Below, in pieces: positions 55,816-64,000 of a stretch of 64,000 bases of DNA; position 1 is the first letter of the stretch, and every line of letters begins with the position of its first letter. A model generated the notes under the pieces. It was not told where the DNA came from, searched no databases, and saw nothing but the letters and a program-made list of their open reading frames with translations. This DNA comes from Eledone cirrhosa (lineage: Eukaryota). A program made the translations under genes and the position numbers. The stretch lies in assembly GCA_964016885.1 (NCBI GenBank), contig OZ024740.1:145886001-145950000 (forward strand), written 5' to 3'.

Positions 55816-56394
55816 AAACAATGAAACTGGTAGTTCTAAAAATTCAGCACATATCAATGATTATACATGATACTGCAATGTATTTTTCGAATGGGCCCTC
55901 TATCTGAGACCTAAACGCAAAGGAGGGTTTGTTATGATTGTTTTTATTCAATCTGACCATACTTCAGTTGTTGATAGCCTTATTTGCATCTCTCCCCGAA
56001 TTGGTCATTCTCTCAGGCCCGCAAAGACTAGACTTTATTAACCCTTTAGTATTTACATTACTCTATATTTACTGTTGTATTTTTGTGGTAAAGGCTTTAT
56101 CTTACATAATTATCTGACATAGTAGTGAATGAACGAAATTTTAATGTTATTTATTTTGAGGAACAATGCCTTAACATCAGTATGAGCAGCCGGTTATGAC
56201 CTGTTTGAACAGAAAGAGGTGAGAGATTCCTGATGTCATAAGAAGTTTCTCAAAAATCCCATTGTAACCCATTCCAGCATGGAAACGATCTTTTCAAATT
56301 TACTTAGTTTATATATTTTTTTATTTTGTGACCCTAAGACGTTATTAACTCTCTTAACCAGTATATATATGAATTATTTATATATTACGCTTTT

Positions 56395-56522
56395 TCATGT
56401 TGTGAGCATAAGGACCGTTACAAAACAAAAGACCAATCTTGTAACTGAAGACAGATCACATTTTATGTAGTCCAAGTTTGTATGATAAACAATATTTAAT
56501 GTTATCACATGGATCTGGACAG
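56395..56522 (-). ncRNA. H/ACA snoRNA-like copy 2 (tandem unit A')
   Basis: Same architecture as copy 4. Confidence 0.82.
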
Positions 56523-57085
56523 AAACAATGAAACTGTTTGGTAGTTCTAAAAATTCAGCACATATCAATGATTATAAATGATACTGCAATGTATTTTTCG
56601 AATGGGCCCTCTATCTGAGACCTAAACGCAAAGGAGGGTTTGTTATGATTGTTTTTATTCAATCTGACCATACTTCAGTTGTTGATAGCCTTATTTGCAT
56701 CTCTCCCCGAATTGGTCATTCTCTCAGGCCCACAAAGACTAGACTTTATTAACCCTTTAGTATTTACATTACTCTATATTTACTGTTGTATTTTTGTGGT
56801 AAAGGCTTTATCTTACATAGTAGTGAATGAACGAAATTTTAATATTTATTTTGAAGAACAATGCCTTAACATCAGTATGAGCAGCCGGTTATGACCTGTT
56901 TGAACAGAAAGAGGTGAGAGATTCCTGATGTCATAAGAAGTTTCTCAAAAGTCCCATTGTAACCCATTCCAGCATGGAAACGATCTTTTCAAATTTACTT
57001 AGTTTATATATTTTTTTATTTTGTGACCCTAAGACGTTTCTCTCTTAACCAGTATATATATTAATTATTTATATATTACGCTTTT

Positions 57086-57213
57086 TCATGTTGTGAACAT
57101 AAGGACCGTTACAAAACAAAAGACCAATCTTGTAACTGAAGACGGATCACATTTTATGTAGTCCAAGTTTGTATGATAAACAATATTTAATGTTATCACA
57201 TGGATCTGGACAG
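57086..57213 (-). ncRNA. H/ACA snoRNA-like copy 1 (tandem unit B')
   Basis: Same architecture as copy 4. Confidence 0.82.
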
Positions 57214-57969
57214 AAACAATGAAACTGTTTGGTAGTTCTAAAAATTCAGCACATATCAATGATTATAAATGATACTGCAATGTATTTTTCGAATGGGCCC
57301 TCTATCTGAGACCTAAACGCAAAGGAGGGTTTGGTATGATTGTTTTTATTCAATCTGACCATACTTCAGTTGTTGATAGCCTTATTTGCATCTCTCCCCG
57401 AATTGGTCATTCTCTCAGGCCCGCAAAGACTAGACTTTATTAACCCTTTAGTATTTACATTACTCTATATTTACTGTTGTATTTTTGTGGTAAAGGCTTT
57501 ATCTTACATAATTATCTGACATAGTAGTGAATGAACGAAATTTTAATGTTATTTATTTTGAGGAACAATGCCTTAACATCAGTATGAGCAGCCGGTTATG
57601 GCCCGTTTGAACAGAAAGAGGTGAGAGAATTCTGGCCAGATAAAATGTTAATGGGAGCCTTTCCTGAGAACCAACAGTAGCATATCACTATTTGGTTCAG
57701 AGTTGCTTATCTACGTGGCAAGAAACTATATATCTGGTGGCCATATCTATTAGCTACCACTTACAACCCATTCTCTGGCAAAACAGCCACATTTTTTTTA
57801 CCCAGTTAACTAGCTAATGTAAGAATGTTTGAGCCTCCATGACCTTGTGCTTGATTATACAGGCCCGTTTTCTAAATCAACATGGTATGGCTGCCTTCCC
57901 TCTGGCAGAGAAACTCACCACTTCAAACCATGCTTCTATTAGCAATAATTGAATGAGTTAAATACTTAC

Positions 57970-58070
<101 letters not shown>

Positions 58071-58666
58071 TTAAAATGCACAAAACTTTAACGCTTTAAC
58101 CCATTCATTACCGTATTTCTACTTTTTAAAAAACCCTAAATTTTGAAAATAACCAATAATTTGGAAGTATTTAGCAAAGCAACTCTCTCGTTATGAAGAT
58201 GGTGTTTGAAATGTAACAAAAGTTACTTAAGTAAAATTCAATGGAAGGTTTTTAGATAAATATATAGTTTTACATCATAAAACAGTTGGGTATTGAAAAG
58301 TATTAAAATGTATATCACATATAACCTTCCAGTCTCGACTTCCTGAATCCTTTGTTCATTATTTCTTAATTTAATATTCTGGTCATTGGCCATTAATATA
58401 GCCTCTTATTAATTATGTACTATTCCAACAGAATCAAAATGTGAAGAAACTTGACAAAGTTGAACTTCTGATATTGCAGTTGTTAAATCTTTGTTCCCCT
58501 TCTAGAAATAAACTACAACTCAAAGCTATAAATATGGGTTACTCTTGGGTCTCGAATAATCTGTAATATAAACAGTGGGCTAAATTGCAATTTAACCGGT
58601 AATCTTTTTCAAAATTGAATGCAGAACGAATATGAAAAAAATTCAGACAATACAGGAACGACTTAC

Positions 58667-58730
58667 CAACTCGACCATGACCGTGGCTCACGTGTCCTCT
58701 TAATTTTCTAGTCTTCTTCTTTTTTGTGGC
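58667..58730 (-). CDS. RPL27A: RPL27A exon 2
   Basis: ATKKKKTRKLRGHVSHGHGRV; CTTAG| acceptor and |GTAAGT donor. Confidence 0.97.
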
Positions 58731-58969
58731 CTAAGAAAGAAAATATGGAATGTTAAAAATTTTCTGATTCCAGTGACTACCATATTAAACTAAAGTACAG
58801 CCAGCAATTTATATGGGATAAGTTGATTACGTTGACACCAGAAGGATGAAAGACAAGTCCGACCCAGATAGTCTTTGAACTCAGAACCTAGAGCTAGAAC
58901 AAATACCATGTGGCACTTTATCCAATTATGAACTGTACATTTAATTTTTTCAACGAAAAAAATGTAAAT

Positions 58970-59150
58970 AATTGTTTCTACTTTAGACACAAGACCAGCA
59001 ATTAAACAGTACATTACTGGTACTTTATTTTATCGACCCCGTAAAGATGAAAGGCAAAGTTAACCTCGGCGGGATTTGAACTCAGACTGTAAAGGGACGT
59101 AACTATGCTAGAGAGCATGGCGTCCAACCCTCTACCGATACTGCCAATTC
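58970..59150 (-). mobile_element. tRNA-derived SINE in RPL27A intron 1
   Basis: Reverse complement of the same family core with B-box. Confidence 0.9.
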
Positions 59151-60573
59151 AACAACCAGATTTTTTAAGTCATACGTCCTTCCACAACATACAGACCATA
59201 AATCTGAATGCAAAACTATGGTAAAAAAACGGAAAATTCCTTAATTAACTCCATCTAGGCTTGCTGGATATCCAACAAACTATACAAAATGGAAACGGAA
59301 AATTAAGACAACTAGCATTGCAGTAAATATTTACTTTGTACTGGTATTCTTCAAATGTCTGTACAAAATAATGAAAGTAATAGTCGAGTACCCATTCACG
59401 TTCTCAATACACGCACAAAATATTTACAATTCTAACAGTTGTCTTCCCTTACTATTACATCCATCTTGGAAATTTAAATACGAGCAACTGCAGATAGTCA
59501 CAATTACTGAATACAGTTACACTCAATAAAACTAATTGGTTTAACTTTTCATACAATTTATCTTGGTCTGTTGTTTTAAAGTGAATACTAGTCCGATTAC
59601 ACAAGTCTATAAATAAACACCGATCCTCCTATGCATAGCACGGACAAAATGCAAGTTCGCCTGCAGAGGATCATCGCAAAAATATATTCACGTGTATTGA
59701 ATGATTAATGGTGTGAAAATGTCAAAATCAAATCTTAAATTCTGTTATTAAAAAAATTAGTTGACACGCGACGTTATTTTTAAGGTACTGATATCTAAAA
59801 AGTTAGAATACAAAATTATTCTACAGCCATTTTTTATGGTTAATTGACTCAATATTAAAACAATACTTTATTTCGTACAAATATGTATAACAAGTATAAA
59901 ATTAAAGAAAAGCTATGTAATAAAATGGGACTAACAATAATGGGAAATTTGTCTTCTTAGGATTACTGAAACGAAGTAGAAGTGTTCATGAAGATGAGTT
60001 AAAAGGAATGTTAGACTAAGCAGTGGCTAATCGAATTGAAAGCCGCGAGACGGCGATCTGAGAAAATTGTGACTAAGTCGACATATGTGTATGTTTAAAA
60101 GGACATATAGCATAAGTAAATACAGCTAAGGACTGAACGAGAATGAATGTGCGTTAATTTAACATATGCATGCGGACTTAAATATATATCGAGAAAAATA
60201 CTTCAGACATTTTGTATTGTAATTAAACATGAAATGTTTCATAAGCCAGCGAAATTTGTAATTAGAATTAAATGGGATTGACGATAATTTAATTAAATTG
60301 TTATGTTATGTTATACTTTCATATCAAAAACCTTGCAAAACAAATTAAATTATGAACAGTCGTCAAGTTAACGTCGATATAGGGCTACATGTGTGTAAAA
60401 TGTAATAATAACTTATAAAATGAAAATCTGGGTTTAACTAAAATAAATAATTAATTTTTTAAATATAATATAACAAGATGAGTTAAAATGTAGTATATAT
60501 GGCAAAATTAATATTTCAAATCAATACGATTAAAACGGATTTCTTGTCAGATAAAATAAGACAGCGTACTCAC

Positions 60574-60576
60574 CAT
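60574..60576 (-). CDS. RPL27A: RPL27A exon 1 (ATG only)
   Basis: ATG|GTGAGT preceded by a pyrimidine-rich leader; completes a 450-nt CDS. Confidence 0.8.
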
Positions 60577-60670
60577 AATGAGAGAACTCAAAAGAAAATC
60601 TCGAAGGAAGTGAGGAGATATTTTGGCATGCTCAAAAGTCATTTCCGGTGAACGGCTTCCGTTGCACTCA
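60577..60670 (-). promoter_or_regulatory. 5' TOP/TCT-like start region and ETS-like sites of RPL27A
   Basis: Minus strand reads CTCCTCACTTCCTTCGAGATTTTCTTTT just before the ATG; CGGAA motifs at ~60642-60661. Confidence 0.55.
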
Positions 60671-63469
60671 TTGTTTTCTCTAATCTTATTGATGAAATTT
60701 AAAAAAATAAATTTAGTTAATTTTATTATGCTTTCGTTCGTAAATGTTACATAAAGTATTTTGTCTCCTGACTTTCTTAATAATTCATAATTTTTCATGA
60801 AATTTTGCAGATACATTTTTGAAGGTGTGGATTACGACTATGTTGATGAAGTTTAAAAATAATAATTCTTTTATCTTTTTTTTCTACAGAGTTGTAGAAA
60901 TGTCATTACGTTTCAGTATAACGTATATGACATTATCCTGATTGATATTATCAACCGTAATCTCCACTTTCGAAAATGTATTTCATTTTAAGAGGTTTAT
61001 GAAGGAACTAGTTATGACCGGTTCTCTCGTATACACACAGAAAAGAAAACATGAGAATTGGACAAACTATTTTTATTTTCTTGAAAAAAAAAATCTATTG
61101 ACAATGATAGCCAAATGAATATAATGGTGAAAGAGCTGTTACAATGACATCCTTATTTTAAATGGTCTCAGTCCCTAGGAACTATCGTCTAGGATGGAAT
61201 CGAAAGTGGAGAAACTTGTAATAGTGAAAGACTGCATCAATTAATTTTTTTATTAAATATACTGAAAAGTGTACGTACATTTATTATGAAAATGTTAAAT
61301 ATTTAATTAACCAATGACTCGAGTGATTCTCTCTTTGTAATAGCAGCTGTGTCGGGGTGCTTACCAAGGGTGAGGCCTAACATTCGAAACGATTGTGAGG
61401 GTTCTAGTTAAATACGATTCACGTTCAAAGTAGTTGAGGTGCGATAATGTCATATATATATTTGTGCGTATGCAATTATTGTTTTTTTTTTGTTTTTTTT
61501 GTTTTTTAAGATATAGGGGACAAGATTGCATGACCCATCTGGAGGATGTTTTCAAGGTCATGCTGATGATGCAGATGTGGTGTGAGGTGTCTAGACTGCA
61601 TGTGTATGATGCTTCAGTGCAGAAAGTTAGGGAAGAATAAAAGGTGATACTTTCTCTATAGCAGTGGGTATTGTTTAGAAACGATGGAATGTTGGCCATT
61701 GATGGAGAAGAAGAAGAGTGTGATGAAAAAATTGGAGCCCTAGGACATACCGAAGTTGATAGAATGTGAATTAACCCTTTTGTTACCAATCCAGCCAAAA
61801 CCGGGTATGATTTTATGAAATAAAATTATCCATTTTAAAGATTTCCAATTTAAAATCTTAATATTGAAATAATTGATGATTTAAGAAAATCTCTCAAAAT
61901 TATCCATTAACTAATTGAAATAAAGTCTATTTCATTAGATATATGGTTGTGAAAGAGTTAGAGAGCACTCTGTTATGACTGTGATAATGTGATCTGACAG
62001 GAAGATGCTGATCCAAGAGACAAATATAACCCCTAGCCAGACAATTTTACCTTGAGATTTGCATGCTAGACATAGTCAAAAGCTTTGCTAAGGTTGAAAG
62101 CAACAACAGATTTCACCAATATTTTCAAGAATTAGTGTTCAAAGAGAAGGGTTATCGAAGAGCAGGACGAAAAAAGCTATATTGGTAATGGATAAGAATA
62201 CTGTTAATATCTGTCTTGATCAGATGTAAGTGAGTGCATTAGGATGATCGTTGGCAGATATTGCCTTCTTGGGACATATTGTAGCATGTTTCTAAAGATT
62301 TCAAGAGAAATTGAGTTTGGTGAGGACAGGACTAATTCTAAGACATTGTTTGAGGGTAATAAAAAGAACATTATCAAGACCTTGTGGGTTTGAAGCAACT
62401 GCAAGTGCTTTTAAATTTGGTGTGAATGTATGAGATGAGTGGTGGTGAGCTTCATAGAGTGGAAAGGGATAGTTTTAAAGATTTTACTAGTGTGTGGAGA
62501 TGGAAACAAAACTAATGAGGAGACTTTCTCTTCATGAATTATGCTTGAAGAGCCATCAAGATTAGAAAGTGGAGGAAAGAAAAATTCTGCAAAGCTGGTA
62601 GATTACTTTTAGTAAGGAGCCGAAAGGATCAGCTGCAGTTTGGAAGCAGGAAAACTGGTGAGTTGTACAATGTATGGGAGCAACTTTCACAATTCAAATT
62701 CTGGTCCTGCAGGATTTGTAGAGTTGAGTAAAAATCATCCAATTTATAAAGGTTGATAATTTCCTCCTTTGTAGGCTATGTTCTTTGCTTGAATCACTGT
62801 AGTACAACTATAAGTGAACCACATTGTGGAGGGGTATGATTTGTTTTCTGTCATCTGCCTAGCTACTAATGATAGGCTATAAGCTGACTACCCTATTTTG
62901 TGTCTGAGAAAAGATAAACATCGAAACCCTGTTTATAAACTGAGGCAACTAATCAATACATTATGTTTAGATGGCATGGTTTTGAAATTCTCATGAGTAT
63001 AAAATATATTTATGCTTAAAGTTTTAAGTGTTGTTTACAGCATAGTTTTCTGTTTTACAACTCTATTATGTAATGAATCTTCATTATGTTAAGTTTCAAA
63101 GTTGGATTGGTAGTACCGGTAGAGGAGCGTCGGACACTATACTTTGTGGCATAGAGTTACTGTCCTTTATGTTCTGAGTTGAATTCCCTCTGAGATTTGC
63201 TTTGCCTTTCATCCTTACTGGATTGATAAAATAAAGCACCATTAATGCACTGGGGTTGATTTAATCGACCTTCATTGTAAATCAGCAAAATATTGACCTC
63301 AAATATAAGCTAGCCCCCCATTTTACCACTGATTTTGTTGTCACATATTTCTTGGCTTATATACAGGTATAAACAGTAAATGTAGCCTAAATATTATACA
63401 TTGACTATTGAAAAGGGAAGAAAGATATGTGTTTTGGAAAGGTATAGGATATTCAGTATTCATGCCAAT

Positions 63470-63910
63470 CCTAACCTAAGGTCATGAATCTTGAGTAATG
63501 ACCAAAAGAATATGATTGTGAATACAAGCAGCTGAAATGGGGGTTCCTTCAAAGGGTCTTTTAAGTAATGTTACTTGATAGAATGCATAACTCGGAGATC
63601 AGAGAGTAATTCTAGGTAGAGCCGCTACTTCTCCAAACTAAGAGATCACAGCTCCGATATTACAGGCATGTGTTTAGAATGTCTCAGGAAAGAAGGGCTG
63701 GGCACATTTTACAGGTAAAACCAACCAGCAAGAGACCTAGGGGTAGACCCCGAGCAAGATGGTTGAATAACAACCATGAGCTCAGCTGGTCTCCCTTGGG
63801 GATCCAGCCAGATCAGTTGAAGATTGTTGCTTCTGACAGGACCCACTGGAAAGAGTGTTTGAGGACTTTGCTCCCACAACCCACTTAGGAATGAGTGGGC
63901 GAAGAAGAAG
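63470..63910 (+). mobile_element. RTE-like LINE 3' end
   Basis: QLRYYRHVFRMSQER...KRPRGRPRARW; (GAA)n tail; related pieces at 9490-9620(-) and 29430-29815(+). Confidence 0.8.
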
Positions 63911-64000
63911 GAATGAAGTGTAGATAATGTCAGTATGTTCTGATCATATATCCTTGCTGGAAGACTAACCCAAATATTTGATACAGAGCGAACTCCCCTA

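Larger units (their letters stand above)
54844..57628. repeat. Four-unit ~700-bp tandem repeat with ABAB higher-order structure
   Basis: Units start at ATTCCTGATGTC at 54844, 55523, 56226 and 56921; diagnostic variants alternate; 1398-bp dimer period. Confidence 0.95.

Noticed and set aside
54844-57628. CRISPR-like or protein-coding reading of the regular repeats (identical 81-aa ORFs at 55251 and 56649)
   Set aside because: Units are ~700 bp with no unique spacers, the context is eukaryotic, and the ORFs are chance frames in duplicated intronic DNA.
58290-58440. Possible H/ACA RNA in RPL27A intron 2
   Set aside because: Stems are weak and AT-rich, and the boxes could occur by chance; no second copy to support it.
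61434-61640. Possible exon of a divergent gene upstream of RPL27A
   Set aside because: An acceptor-like site exists, but no recognisable protein and no consistent partner exons; it resembles decayed repeat sequence.

Overview
AT-rich, microsatellite- and transposon-dense eukaryotic DNA; the SINE family and repeat style suggest an octopus or related cephalopod (inference). Bases 1-25.5 kb are a transposon field: a decayed Ty3/Gypsy element, two non-autonomous tRNA-Trp-primed LTR elements, a solo LTR, a 523-bp near-perfect palindrome, RTE LINEs, mariner and hAT relics, and a (TACA)n-linked stack of non-LTR elements. Two convergent spliced genes follow: NF-YA (+, 8 coding exons, 32644-44776, about 418 aa, CCAAT cluster near 26.2 kb) and ribosomal protein RPL27A/uL15 (-, 5 exons, 60576-46906, 149 aa). 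The most striking feature is RPL27A intron 3 (9.6 kb). It holds eight copies of one ~128-nt H/ACA-box snoRNA-like RNA on the host strand: four old diverged copies and four inside a young ABAB ~700-bp tandem array, interleaved with nested piggyBac relics. The uL15 protein also has Leu in place of the normally conserved His39. All assignments were made by eye, without database searches.
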